From: Candidatus Krumholzibacteriia bacterium
GTDB taxonomy: Bacteria; Krumholzibacteriota; Krumholzibacteriia; JAJRXK01
Direction of reading: 5' to 3'
Assembly (NCBI GenBank): GCA_041484665.1
Contig: JBGPIA010000010.1
Span: forward strand, 104,421 to 168,420
DNA length: 64,000 bases
The position numbers and the translations under genes are program-made. This document shows, piece by piece, positions 20,596-29,827 of the stretch. Positions within the stretch are counted from its first letter, which is position 1; every line of letters starts with the position of its first letter. The notes below the pieces were generated by a model. It ran no database searches. It had not been told where the DNA came from and was given only the letters and a program-made list of their open reading frames with translations.

Positions 20596-23235
20596 TCAGT
20601 GTGGCTTCCCGCCCGGGCGATCCGGCGGTCCCGACGGCGACCCCTGGGGCGCCTGCCCCGGCGGGGGCAAGCTCGGATCGAGCTGGCGCGCCTTCTGGTA
20701 CAGCTGCTGCGCCTCCGGCTTCTTCCCCTGCTCGTCGTAGATCATCGCCAGCTGATAGACGTAGCGCCCCGACTGGGGCTGCAGGCGCATGGCCTCCTGC
20801 GTGAGGGTCGCCGCGCGGTCGAGCTTGCCCATCTGCGCGTAGAACACCGCCAGCTGCGCCCGCCCCTCGTGCGAGGAGGGGTCCAGTTGGATCACGTGCT
20901 CGAAGGCCTGGGCCGCGGTCGGCAGGTCGCGGGAGAAGGCCGCGGCCATCCCGTAGTTGCCCTGCACCATGATGTCGTCGGGACGCGCCGTGGCGGCGCG
21001 CTGCAGCAACGGCAACGCCTGCGCGAGGCGGTTGGTCTGCAGCATCAGGGCGCCGAGCGCGCCCAGCAGCTGGCCATCCTCGCCCGCCAGATCGATGGCG
21101 TCGCGCAGCAACTGCTCCGACTGCGGCGCATCGCCCGCGGCGACCTGCAGCGATGATAATGCCAGGATCGTGTCGATGTCGCGCGGATCGATCTGGTGCG
21201 CGCGCCCCAGCGAGGTGAGCGCGTCGGCGCTGCGCCCCAGCGACTGCAGGATGAGGCCGCGATAGTAGTGCGCAGTGGCCAGCTGCGGATCGATGGTCAG
21301 CGCCGAATCGACGATCGCCAGGGCTCGCGCCGGTTGGCCCTGGTGCAAGAACGCGAACCCGCGTCCCGCGAGCCCGCGCGCCCACTGCGGGTCGAGTCTG
21401 AGTCCGTCCTCGAACACCTTGCCCGCATCGGCGTTGCGGTTCTGGTGCGCCAACGCCAGCGCCAGGTCCTCGTAGTGGTAGAGCTCGCGCGGCTCGTCCT
21501 TGAGCAGGCCGCGATAGATGGTCTCGGCATCGGGCAGGCGCCCCATCGCCGCGTAGGTGCGCGCCAGGTTGGCACGCGCCTCCACATGGCCAGGGTAGGC
21601 CTTCAGCACATCCTCCAGCTTGTGCGCCGCCTCGTCGTAACGCCCCTGCTTGCGCAGGACCACGGAGAGATTGACCGTCTGCTCGACGGTGCCGACCGAG
21701 GGCGACGAGCCGTTTGGCGTGGACCCGGCTGCTGTCGATCCTGCCGCTGCCGTGCCGCCATTCGCGGCGACGGTGCCGCCAGGTCCGCCTGGCCCGCCCG
21801 GGGCGCCCGAGGCTCCCGATCCAGCCATACCGCCCGGACCACGCAGCCCGCTCTGGCCGGCCGTTCCGCCCGCGATGTACCCCAACGAGCGCAGCATCTC
21901 CTCCATGCGTTGGCCGGCCTTGGGATCGATGGCGACGTCCGGGCCGCGGTCCCAGGGACCGGTCTCGTAGGTGGCGATGGTCGTCACCGGATGCTTCGTC
22001 ATGTACGCGTCGTCGATGGCCGCCGTAAGCACCTTTCCGTGCAGGTCCTGGGCCACGGGCAGCCCCAACAGGTGCAGCACCGTGGGCGCCACGTCGTAGA
22101 TGCTCGCGCCATCGATGCGCTGGCCACGCTTGGCCTGCGGCCCATCGATCAGGATGATGCCGTCGGGCATGTGGCTCTGGTCGGCAGTCTCGATGCTGAA
22201 CTCCTTCTCCTTGAGGCGCTCACCGCCGGTGCGGAATCCGTGATCGGACACGACGATCACCGTGGTCGTCGGCTTGCGCTTGGCGAGCAGGCGGCCCAGC
22301 AGGGCGTCCTGCCACTTCCAGTACTCGGCCACGACGTCCTTGTACGCGGCAAAGTCGGCGTCGCTCACCCAGTCCAGCTTGGGCGGAGCGTCCTCCATGA
22401 AGAGGTGCTGCGTAGCATCGGTGCCCTCGTAGTAGATGGCGAAGAAGCGCGGCCGCTCCTTGCCCACGAGCTTCACGCCGAGATCGGTGTAGCCCTCTGC
22501 AGTGACGAGGGCCTGGCGCAGGTGCTGCACGGGCCCGCCGAAAGGTCCGGCCGCCGCGTCGAAGCCCAGCCGCTCCTTCGGCAGGTGGATCATGCGCGCG
22601 AGCAGCGCCTCGTCCGCCTTGTCCGGCGTGACGAACGCCTTCTTGACGTCGTTGATCAGCTCGGGCGGCCAAGTCTTGCCGGCGACGTCGAGCTCCTGGC
22701 CGGTCACGCCGAAGCTGTGCCAGGCGACGTAGTCGCTCACGATGAAGCCGTTGACGGGCTCCACCGGCCAGGTCGCCCACCATCCGAGCACGCCCACGCT
22801 GACACCCTTCTCGCTGGCCATGTTCCACAGGGCGCGCACCAGGCGGCTGCGGCTGGAGATGGGGATCTTCGTGCCGTCGGGCGCGTCGGTCATGAACCAG
22901 GTGACACCGTGGAGGTCGGCCGTGCGGCCGGTGGCGATGCTGGTCCACAGGATCGGCGAGAGCATCGGCTCGTCGCTGCGCAGGCGACCCCAGACGCCCT
23001 CGCTGCGCAGCTTCGCCAGATTGGGCAGCGCGCTCTTGGCGATGAGTGGGTCGAGGACATCCCAATCGGCCCCGTCCAAGCCGATGATCCACACCTCGTC
23101 CTGGGGGGCCTTGGAGCAGGAGGCGAGCAACGCGGCGGCGGACAGCAACGCGGCGCCCAACAGCGCGGCACCCAGCAGTGCGCCGGCCGCCGGGGCGACG
23201 CCCAGCGAGCGGGCTCGGGAGTGGGGGAAGCGCAA
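20596..23235 (-). CDS. Lipoprotein: alkaline phosphatase superfamily (type I phosphodiesterase) domain plus TPR repeats
   Basis: Lipobox LASC; IIGLDGADW, SPILWTSIATG, VVSDHGF, MLRSLGYI; C-terminal TPRs; TTG start with GAGGT RBS (start uncertain). Confidence 0.85.
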   Translation of the reverse strand: MRFPHSRARSLGVAPAAGALLGAALLGAALLSAAALLASCSKAPQDEVWIIGLDGADWDVLDPLIAKSALPNLAKLRSEGVWGRLRSDEPMLSPILWTSIATGRTADLHGVTWFMTDAPDGTKIPISSRSRLVRALWNMASEKGVSVGVLGWWATWPVEPVNGFIVSDYVAWHSFGVTGQELDVAGKTWPPELINDVKKAFVTPDKADEALLARMIHLPKERLGFDAAAGPFGGPVQHLRQALVTAEGYTDLGVKLVGKERPRFFAIYYEGTDATQHLFMEDAPPKLDWVSDADFAAYKDVVAEYWKWQDALLGRLLAKRKPTTTVIVVSDHGFRTGGERLKEKEFSIETADQSHMPDGIILIDGPQAKRGQRIDGASIYDVAPTVLHLLGLPVAQDLHGKVLTAAIDDAYMTKHPVTTIATYETGPWDRGPDVAIDPKAGQRMEEMLRSLGYIAGGTAGQSGLRGPGGMAGSGASGAPGGPGGPGGTVAANGGTAAAGSTAAGSTPNGSSPSVGTVEQTVNLSVVLRKQGRYDEAAHKLEDVLKAYPGHVEARANLARTYAAMGRLPDAETIYRGLLKDEPRELYHYEDLALALAHQNRNADAGKVFEDGLRLDPQWARGLAGRGFAFLHQGQPARALAIVDSALTIDPQLATAHYYRGLILQSLGRSADALTSLGRAHQIDPRDIDTILALSSLQVAAGDAPQSEQLLRDAIDLAGEDGQLLGALGALMLQTNRLAQALPLLQRAATARPDDIMVQGNYGMAAAFSRDLPTAAQAFEHVIQLDPSSHEGRAQLAVFYAQMGKLDRAATLTQEAMRLQPQSGRYVYQLAMIYDEQGKKPEAQQLYQKARQLDPSLPPPGQAPQGSPSGPPDRPGGKPH

Positions 23236-23293
23236 GGGGGAAACCTCAGGTTGGGCGGAGAGGGTCGAGCAGTCCCCACAAGCTAGCACACGC

Positions 23294-24055
23294 CTACTCC
23301 CCCAGCAGCTGTTCGAGCGCCTCCAGCCTCTGTTCCCAGAAGCCCTTCATGCGCTCGGCCTGCCGAGCGTCGGGAAGCTTGCTGTGCTGGACCGTGAGCT
23401 CCGTCTTGTCGCCAGCCTTGGGGTAGAACATCAGCTCGAGGTTCGTCCTGCCGTCCACCCAGGTGATGCGCATCGACCGGTTCGGCGTCTCCTTGCGGAT
23501 GACCAGCGGCCCTTCGGGCAGCCAGCGGGCGCGCTCGACCTCGTCGCTGCAGAGTCGGTAGACGCGATCGACTGGCACCTCGAAGGTCTTGCTGCGGCTG
23601 ATCTGGTAGCCATCGGGCCGCTCGTGCGTCTGGCGCAACCCGCGGGCCCGCTCGAAGTTCACCGCCACCATCTGCTGCCACCAGGGGCCGACCCCGTGCT
23701 GCCCCACGAGCACCTTCACGATGCCCTGGTGATCCATCCGCGCGGCGCCGGCGGCATCGAGAATGGCAAACCACTCCGCCCACGTCTTGCCCGTTGCCTT
23801 GCGCACGGCCTCGTCGCTGATCCCGGCGGCCCTCGCGCCCGCGCCACCTGCGGCGCGTGGGCCAGCAGCGGCGCGTGGGCCACCAGCGGCGCGTGGGCCA
23901 GCAGCGGCGCGTAAGCCGCCAGCGGCGCGTGGGCCGCGCAAAGCGGCGACTTTGTGCTTGAGGCGGACCTGCTTCTTGCCGGTGCTCCGCTTGGCGGCGT
24001 CACGCGGGCGTGCGGAGGCTTTCTTTGCTCTCGCCGGGCTCTTCTTTCCAGCCAT
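23294..24055 (-). CDS. Hypothetical protein, DUF4287-like plus SRPBCC-like domains, with basic N-terminus
   Basis: SDEAVRKATGKTWAEWFAILD, GPWWQQMVAV, LTVQHSKL...MKGFWEQRL. Confidence 0.7.
   Translation of the reverse strand: MAGKKSPARAKKASARPRDAAKRSTGKKQVRLKHKVAALRGPRAAGGLRAAAGPRAAGGPRAAAGPRAAGGAGARAAGISDEAVRKATGKTWAEWFAILDAAGAARMDHQGIVKVLVGQHGVGPWWQQMVAVNFERARGLRQTHERPDGYQISRSKTFEVPVDRVYRLCSDEVERARWLPEGPLVIRKETPNRSMRITWVDGRTNLELMFYPKAGDKTELTVQHSKLPDARQAERMKGFWEQRLEALEQLLGE
23843..23932. repeat. 5 x 18-bp in-frame tandem repeat (GPRAAG/A)
   Basis: Unit gccaScagcggcgcgtgg repeated five times. Confidence 0.85.
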
Positions 24056-24091
24056 GTTCATCTCCCGTTGGTCGAGGACGTGGAAGGGTGC

Positions 24092-24345
24092 TCAGAACGC
24101 CGCGTCGAGCTGACGCGCGAGGTAGGCGTCGAGGCCTGGGCCGGCCGGATTGGCCAGCGCCCTCTCGAGCCACGCCTGGCGCTCGAACCCGATCACGGTC
24201 AAATCCCATACGCATGCTTTGGTGGCGTAGGCCGGCTGCAGCGTATCCCGTACAGCTTCAGCCGCCAATCGCGGTACTCCCAGACGCCCAGGCTCGCAAT
24301 CAGCCGTGCGGTGTACGGATCCGCCAGCGCGAGGGCGCCGCTCAT
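24092..24345 (-). pseudogene. Conserved hypothetical gene remnant with an internal out-of-frame deletion
   Basis: ATGA overlap with dinB gives MSGALALADPYTARLIASLGVWEYRDWRLKLYGI...; a second frame carries ACVWDLTVIGFERQAWLERALANPAGPGLDAYLA; the middle of the protein appears missing. Confidence 0.55.
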
Positions 24346-24815
24346 CGCTGCGCCAGAGCCCCGCTGCGCACAGCGTGGATGTAGTCGGTGTTGGCGGGCG
24401 TGAGGCCCGCGGCGCGTACGTCGGAAGCGATCTGCCCGCGGTGGTACGCCGAGTGCAGCACCAGGTGCTGCAGTACGTCACCGACGCCGTTGCTGAAGCG
24501 CTGGCCCTTGGTGTTCACGTACTCGATCGTCTGTGCGAGCCGCTGCGCGGTGAGGGCGCTAAGATACGCGCGCCAGCCGCGCTCCAGCTCCGCCAGCTCG
24601 AGCGCACACGTCTTCAGATCGAGTGAGGGCCACGGCGTGCCGGGATCGGTGCGCCCGTCCAGGCGCGCCAGCCAGATCCGGCGCGCCCCCAGCAGGTGCG
24701 CGAAGCGCTCCACCGTGCGGGCGGGTACACCCGGCGCCTGCAGCGAGGCGAGCGCCTCGCGATTGGCCCAATCCTCGTAGGCAAAGAGCTTGCGCAGTGT
24801 GCCGAGCTCGTCCAT
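24342..24815 (-). CDS. DinB/YfiT family protein
   Basis: LFAYEDWAN, AHLLGA, QHLVLHSAYHRGQI; GAGGAG RBS. Confidence 0.88.
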   Translation of the reverse strand: MDELGTLRKLFAYEDWANREALASLQAPGVPARTVERFAHLLGARRIWLARLDGRTDPGTPWPSLDLKTCALELAELERGWRAYLSALTAQRLAQTIEYVNTKGQRFSNGVGDVLQHLVLHSAYHRGQIASDVRAAGLTPANTDYIHAVRSGALAQR

Positions 24816-24944
24816 GGCAACTCCTCGTGTGCGCGTTGTGCGCGCGGGAGGCGCTCGTCTTCTGGATCACGCGCGCAGCCGAGGGCAGCTGGCGCGCGAC
24901 GGAAGCGCCGGGGCTTGGATCCTACCGTGCAGGTGGCGCGGCGA

Positions 24945-25604
24945 TCAATGCCTCGCGCTCCAGGGGAGGAGGGCTGGCACGGGTGCAGGTTGCGCGGCAG
25001 CGGCGCGCTGCAGGGCTGCGACAGCCTGCTCGAGGCAGGCCCTGGCTGCTTCGACTTCCGGCAGGTCCATCGCGACGTGGCGCTGTCGCATCCAGTGCTG
25101 CCAGGTCTGCAGCTGAAGGGCGTGGGCGCCACGCTCGGTGTGGACCTCCTCGGCCACGATCAAGAGCCGCTGCTGCAGCTCCCGCGCCGCGTCGCCCGGG
25201 CGTGGGATCGCGCGGAGCGCCTTGGCCGCGAGCGCATCCGTGCGCAACGCGCCGGTCGCCTGGACCCGGCGCAGCAGGGCGCGCGCGGCGGGCGAGAGGC
25301 CGCCGGTCTGCCAGCGCTCGCGGGCGGTGGCGACTGCCAACAGCGCCGGCCAAAGTCGCCGGTGCACGAAGGTAACCTTACCCTGCACCAGCCGCACGGT
25401 CAGGACATCCGGTCGCTGCGTCAGTGCCTCGGAAACCCGGTAGATGTCTTGGCCGCGCGGGTGGCCCCACCACGAGCCGCGGACCGGCTCGCCCGCCACC
25501 AGGCTGGCGACGCTGGGAAGCCGCGAGTCGGCGAGCAGCAGCAACCCGATGCGGCGCAGCACCCGCAGGGGTTGCTGGAGATCAGACGGTTGGCGTGCTG
25601 GCAT
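24945..25604 (-). CDS. Hypothetical protein, possibly AlkZ-related winged-helix
   Basis: LPSVASLVAGEPVRGSWWGHP, LVQGKVTFVHRRLW. Confidence 0.6.
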   Translation of the reverse strand: MPARQPSDLQQPLRVLRRIGLLLLADSRLPSVASLVAGEPVRGSWWGHPRGQDIYRVSEALTQRPDVLTVRLVQGKVTFVHRRLWPALLAVATARERWQTGGLSPAARALLRRVQATGALRTDALAAKALRAIPRPGDAARELQQRLLIVAEEVHTERGAHALQLQTWQHWMRQRHVAMDLPEVEAARACLEQAVAALQRAAAAQPAPVPALLPWSARH

Positions 25605-25723
25605 GCTGCCTCACGGCGGTGGGGTTGGTGGTGCTGGATCCCTGCGCGGTGGCTGAGCCCGCGGGCGGCGCGGCGGGCAACCGACGGGGTAAGCGGCGCT
25701 GGACCCGGCGAGCGGCGAGCGGC

Positions 25724-26200
25724 TCATACCCGCGCCGAGTACAGCGCCGGGCGCGCCTTGAGCATGCCGCTCAGCCGGCCGCGGGCCCGGCGCAGCGCGG
25801 ACCGATCGCGCACCGCGACGAAGACCGTATCGTCGCCGGCCAGCGTCCCCACCACCTCGGGCCAGGCCAGCCGGTCCAGCGCCACGGCCACGCGATTGGC
25901 CTCGCCGGGCGGAGTGCGCAGCACCAGCAGGATGTCGCCCGCGGCATCCACGGTCAGGACGCCCTCCAGGATCCGCAGGCGGTCGGGATCGACGTCGGCC
26001 GCCGCGGCCGCAGTCGTCCGTCGGTAGACGCCGTCGACCTTCACCAGCTTCAGCACCGCGATGTCGCGGCTGATGGTCGATTGCGTTGGGTGCCATCCCT
26101 CTGCGGCCAGGGCGTCGGCGAGGTCTTGCTGCGTGCGCAGCTCGCGGGCGCTGACCAGCTCGAGGAGCTTGAGCTGCCGCCGGTGACGCTGCGCGCTCAT
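25724..26200 (-). CDS. argR: Arginine repressor
   Basis: TQQDL, TQSTISRDI, LRTPPGEA, VGTLAGDDTVFV; ATGA overlap with argH. Confidence 0.93.
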   Translation of the reverse strand: MSAQRHRRQLKLLELVSARELRTQQDLADALAAEGWHPTQSTISRDIAVLKLVKVDGVYRRTTAAAAADVDPDRLRILEGVLTVDAAGDILLVLRTPPGEANRVAVALDRLAWPEVVGTLAGDDTVFVAVRDRSALRRARGRLSGMLKARPALYSARV

Positions 26201-27834
26201 GCTCTGCGCCGTGCCGGGATCCTGCGGCGCGCCCCGCGGCGGGCGCCCTTGCGGACGCGAGTGCGCACGCTGTCGCGCATGCTGCCGCGCATGCTGCTGC
26301 GCACGCCCTTGCGGACGCGGCTGCGCGCTGCGTTGTGCGCGCGGCCGCTCGCGCCTCGGCCCGCCAAACGCCCCAGAGCGCCGTCGAAGCGGCGCCGCTC
26401 GCTCGCAGACCATCGCCGGCAGGCGCGCAGGCGAGCGCGGACCGCCGGCAGCCCGAGATTCCCCGCGCCTCCGAGGCCGGCCCGGCGGCGCAGCAGGGCG
26501 GCGTGCGTCGCGCGCGTCGCAGCTGCGGCGCGTACGGCGCGCCCGCCCGGCATGGCGCGCGTGGCGGGTGCGCCCGCAGGCGGCGAATCCTCGGCCCCAG
26601 CGCTGGCGGCCGCCTGCGTCCGTAGCGCGGCGGCGACCTCCCGGTAGGCGGCCCGGAATGGCCGCCCTTGCTCGACGCGGCGGAGCACCTCGTCGGTCGC
26701 CAGCACGCCGCCCGAGACGGCCGCCGCGCAGCGCGCGCGATCGACTTCCAGGCGCGGGAGCACGGCCGTGACCATGGCCAGCATCTGCCCGGTGCGGTCC
26801 AGCCCGCGCAGGAGTGGCTCCTTGAGCAGCTGGAAGTCGCGGTGGTAGCCGCTGGGGAGCTTGCCAGCGATGTGCAGCACCGCGACCAAGTCGGCCTCCA
26901 CAGCGGCAGCCCGCCCGCGCGTCAGCTCGAACAGATCGGGGTTGCGCTTGTGGGGCATGATGCTGCTGCCCGTGGCCAGCGCGGCGGGCAAGCGCAGGTA
27001 GCCGTACTCCTCGGCGCTGAACAGGATCACGTCGCAGGAGAGCTTGCCCAGCTCGCGGGCGAGCTCCGCGCACCACAGCAGGACGGCGGCCTCCAGCTTG
27101 CCGCGTCCGGCCTGCACCGCTGCCACGTTGTGCTCCACACGGGCGAAACCGAGCGCCCGCGCGGCGATCTCGCGCCGCAGCGGCAGCGGCACGCCGTACC
27201 CGGCGGCGCTGCCCAGCGGGCAGCGGTCCAGGCGCTGCCACACGGCGTTAAGGCTCTCCATGGTGTCGAGCAGGCCTTCGGCGTATGCCGCAGCCCACAA
27301 CCCCAACGTCGAGGGCATGGCGCGGCGCTGGTGGGTGTAGCCGGGCCAGAGCACCGTGCGATGCCGGGCAGAAAAGCGCACCAGCTCCGCCACGAGCTGC
27401 GCGGACTGGTCGTGCAACCGCAGCAGCGTATCCTTCAGATAGAGGCGCAGATCGCAGGCGATCTGATCGTTGCGCGAGCGGGCCGTGTGCAGGCGCTCAC
27501 CCGCATCACGCCAGCGGCGGGTGAGCCAGGTCTCCACGCCCGTGTGGACGTCCTCGCTGCCGGGGTCGACGCGCAGCGTCCCGCGCTCCGCCGCACGCAG
27601 CGCGGCCCGCAACCCGGCGCGCAGCCGCCGCGCCTGTGCCGGCGTGATCAGCCGGCTGCCCGCCAGACCTTCGACGTGGCCAAGGCTGCCCAGCACGTCC
27701 CAGCGCAACAGCCGCGCGTCCCACGCGCGGTCCTCGCCCGCGGTGTAGTCGAGCATCTGGCGGTCGAGCGCCTCGCCGGCGGACCACAGCGTCGTTGTCG
27801 GTGCGCGTTTGCGGTGCGTGCGCTGCGCGCTCAT
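26197..27834 (-). CDS. argH: Argininosuccinate lyase with Arg-rich C-terminal extension
   Basis: EDVH, HTARSRNDQ, PGYTHQ, TGSSIMPHKRNPD, GYHRDFQ. Confidence 0.93.
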   Translation of the reverse strand: MSAQRTHRKRAPTTTLWSAGEALDRQMLDYTAGEDRAWDARLLRWDVLGSLGHVEGLAGSRLITPAQARRLRAGLRAALRAAERGTLRVDPGSEDVHTGVETWLTRRWRDAGERLHTARSRNDQIACDLRLYLKDTLLRLHDQSAQLVAELVRFSARHRTVLWPGYTHQRRAMPSTLGLWAAAYAEGLLDTMESLNAVWQRLDRCPLGSAAGYGVPLPLRREIAARALGFARVEHNVAAVQAGRGKLEAAVLLWCAELARELGKLSCDVILFSAEEYGYLRLPAALATGSSIMPHKRNPDLFELTRGRAAAVEADLVAVLHIAGKLPSGYHRDFQLLKEPLLRGLDRTGQMLAMVTAVLPRLEVDRARCAAAVSGGVLATDEVLRRVEQGRPFRAAYREVAAALRTQAAASAGAEDSPPAGAPATRAMPGGRAVRAAAATRATHAALLRRRAGLGGAGNLGLPAVRARLRACRRWSASERRRFDGALGRLAGRGASGRAHNAARSRVRKGVRSSMRGSMRDSVRTRVRKGARRGARRRIPARRRA

Positions 27835-28907
27835 GCCAGGTACTCCGTGGCCAGCGCGGCGTAGAAGGCCCGCGCCTGCGCCACCTCGGACAGCTCGACC
27901 CACTCGTCGGGTGTGTGCGAGCGGGCGCTCGCGCCCGGGCCGCACTTGAACGCGTCGCAGTGGCGTAGGAACACCCAATCGGAGCAGGTCGGGCTGCCGA
28001 ACGTCCGCGCCGCCGGCAGCACGCGCCGCGCCGCAGCCAAGAGCCGCGAGCCCTGCGGTGTCTCGCATGGCACGAGCCGGTCGGAGGTCACCACTACCTC
28101 GCTGCGCAGGCGCGCGCGCAGGCGCTGGGCCAGCTCGGCGTGGCTCCAGGCCGGCGTGCTGCGCACGTCCAGCACGGCACTGGCCGAAGGCGGCGTGACG
28201 TTGCGCCCGACTCCGCCGGACAGCATGGTCGGAGCCGCGCTGGGATGCCCCAGCACGGGATGGGGCCGGTCCCTGAACAGCTCCGGCAGCTCGAGCAGGT
28301 CGCGGGCGAGCACCAGGGCGGCGTTCACGCAGCCCCCGTCCTCATCGGCGCGCCCGGCGTGGCGCTGGTCGCCGCGCGCCCGCAGCTCCACCATCATGAG
28401 TCCGCGCTGCGCCACGGCCAGCTGCAGGCTGGTGGGCTCGCCGATCACCGCGGCGTCGATCGGCCCCGCGGCGGCCACGGCCTGCGGCATCGTCGTGTCT
28501 CGCGTCTCCTCGCCGTAGCCCAGCAGCACCAGCAGCCTGCCCGTGCGCGGGCCACCGGCGCGGGCCACGTCGCGCGCCGCCAGCAGCATGGCCGTCACGG
28601 CGGCCTTGGCGTCGACGGCGCCGCGGCCGTACAGACGCTCCCCCTCGACGTGCGGCGCGAACGGATCGCGCGACCAGCCTTCGCCGGGCGGCACGACATC
28701 CAGGTGCGAGACCAAGGCGAGTGCTTTGCCCGCGCCCCGCCCGCGCAGCTCGATCGTGACGCCGGCCGCGTCGCGGCGGACGTCCAGGCCGAAGTCGCGC
28801 GCGGTCTGCTCGACCCGGCGCGCCACGGCCTCCTCCTCCCCGCTCACCGAGGGGACCGCCACCAGCTCCGCCAGCAGCTCGGTCTCAACCGGAGATGTCG
28901 CCGCCAA
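27831..28907 (-). CDS. argE: M20 family deacylase (ArgE-like; N-acyl-citrulline/ornithine deacylase)
   Basis: SHLDVVP, GRGAVDAK, GEE, IGEPT, SHTPDE; located in the arg operon. Confidence 0.8.
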   Translation of the reverse strand: MAATSPVETELLAELVAVPSVSGEEEAVARRVEQTARDFGLDVRRDAAGVTIELRGRGAGKALALVSHLDVVPPGEGWSRDPFAPHVEGERLYGRGAVDAKAAVTAMLLAARDVARAGGPRTGRLLVLLGYGEETRDTTMPQAVAAAGPIDAAVIGEPTSLQLAVAQRGLMMVELRARGDQRHAGRADEDGGCVNAALVLARDLLELPELFRDRPHPVLGHPSAAPTMLSGGVGRNVTPPSASAVLDVRSTPAWSHAELAQRLRARLRSEVVVTSDRLVPCETPQGSRLLAAARRVLPAARTFGSPTCSDWVFLRHCDAFKCGPGASARSHTPDEWVELSEVAQARAFYAALATEYLA

Positions 28908-29820
28908 GATAGGCCGCCTTCTCCTTGCGCCCGACGATCATGGTGCCGCAGCCCGCGCCGGTGAAGACCTCCAGCAGGAGCGCGTCGGGAACGCGTCCGT
29001 CAATGATGTGGGTCCGCTCGACGCCGCCGGTCGCCGCCCGGATACAGGCCTCGACCTTGGGGCGCATGCCGCCGGCCAGTGCTCCGCTCCCCATGAGCTG
29101 CGCCAGGTCGTCGGGATCGGCGAAGGCCACCAGCGTTGCAGGATCGGTGCGGTCGCGCAGCACGCCGGGCGCGCCGGTGAGGAAAACCAGCTTGGTGGCC
29201 CGCAGCGCCACCGCCAACGCCTCCGCCACCGTGTCGGCATTGACATTGAACACGTGGCCCTCGTTGTCGGCGGCGAGGCTGGCGACCACCGGCACGAAAC
29301 GTGCCTCCAAGAGCGTCAGCAGCAGCTGCGGATCCACGCGCTCGATGTCGCCCACGTGGCCAAAATCCACTGCGATGCGCTCGCCGTCGTCACCCATGAC
29401 GGTCACGAGCGGGCGGCGATGGGCGGTGATCAGCTCGCCGTCCACCCCGCTCACGCCCACCGCGTGGACCTGATGCGCGCGCAGCGCCGCCAGCAGGTCC
29501 ACGTTGAGCGTGCCGGCGTAGACCATCTTGGCGACGGCCAGAGCGTCGTCATCGGTGATGCGGCGGCCGGCGATCAGGCGTGGCTCGACGCCCATGCGCC
29601 TGCTGAGAGCCGTCGCCTGCGGGCCGCCACCGTGCACGACCACCAGGCGGATGCCCAGGCTGGCGAGCAGGGCGATCTGCGCGCAGACCTGCTCCATGAC
29701 CTCCGTCTCGGCCAGCACCTCGCCGCCCACCTTCACGACGAAGATCTTGTCGCGGTACGCGCGCACGTAGCGCAGCGCGCCCTTGAGCCCGGGCACGCCG
29801 CGGCTGCTGTCGATCGTCAC
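28885..29820 (-). CDS. argB: N-acylglutamate kinase
   Basis: VVKVGG, VHGGGPQ, GRRITD, NVNADTVA, GGMRPKV. Confidence 0.92.
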   Translation of the reverse strand: MTIDSSRGVPGLKGALRYVRAYRDKIFVVKVGGEVLAETEVMEQVCAQIALLASLGIRLVVVHGGGPQATALSRRMGVEPRLIAGRRITDDDALAVAKMVYAGTLNVDLLAALRAHQVHAVGVSGVDGELITAHRRPLVTVMGDDGERIAVDFGHVGDIERVDPQLLLTLLEARFVPVVASLAADNEGHVFNVNADTVAEALAVALRATKLVFLTGAPGVLRDRTDPATLVAFADPDDLAQLMGSGALAGGMRPKVEACIRAATGGVERTHIIDGRVPDALLLEVFTGAGCGTMIVGRKEKAAYLGGDISG

Positions 29821-29827
29821 GAGTCCG

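Noticed and set aside
26187..26202. argH and argR both begin GCATGAGCGCGCAGCG (MSAQR)
   Set aside because: Short and GC-rich, and partly forced by the ATGA overlap; probably coincidence
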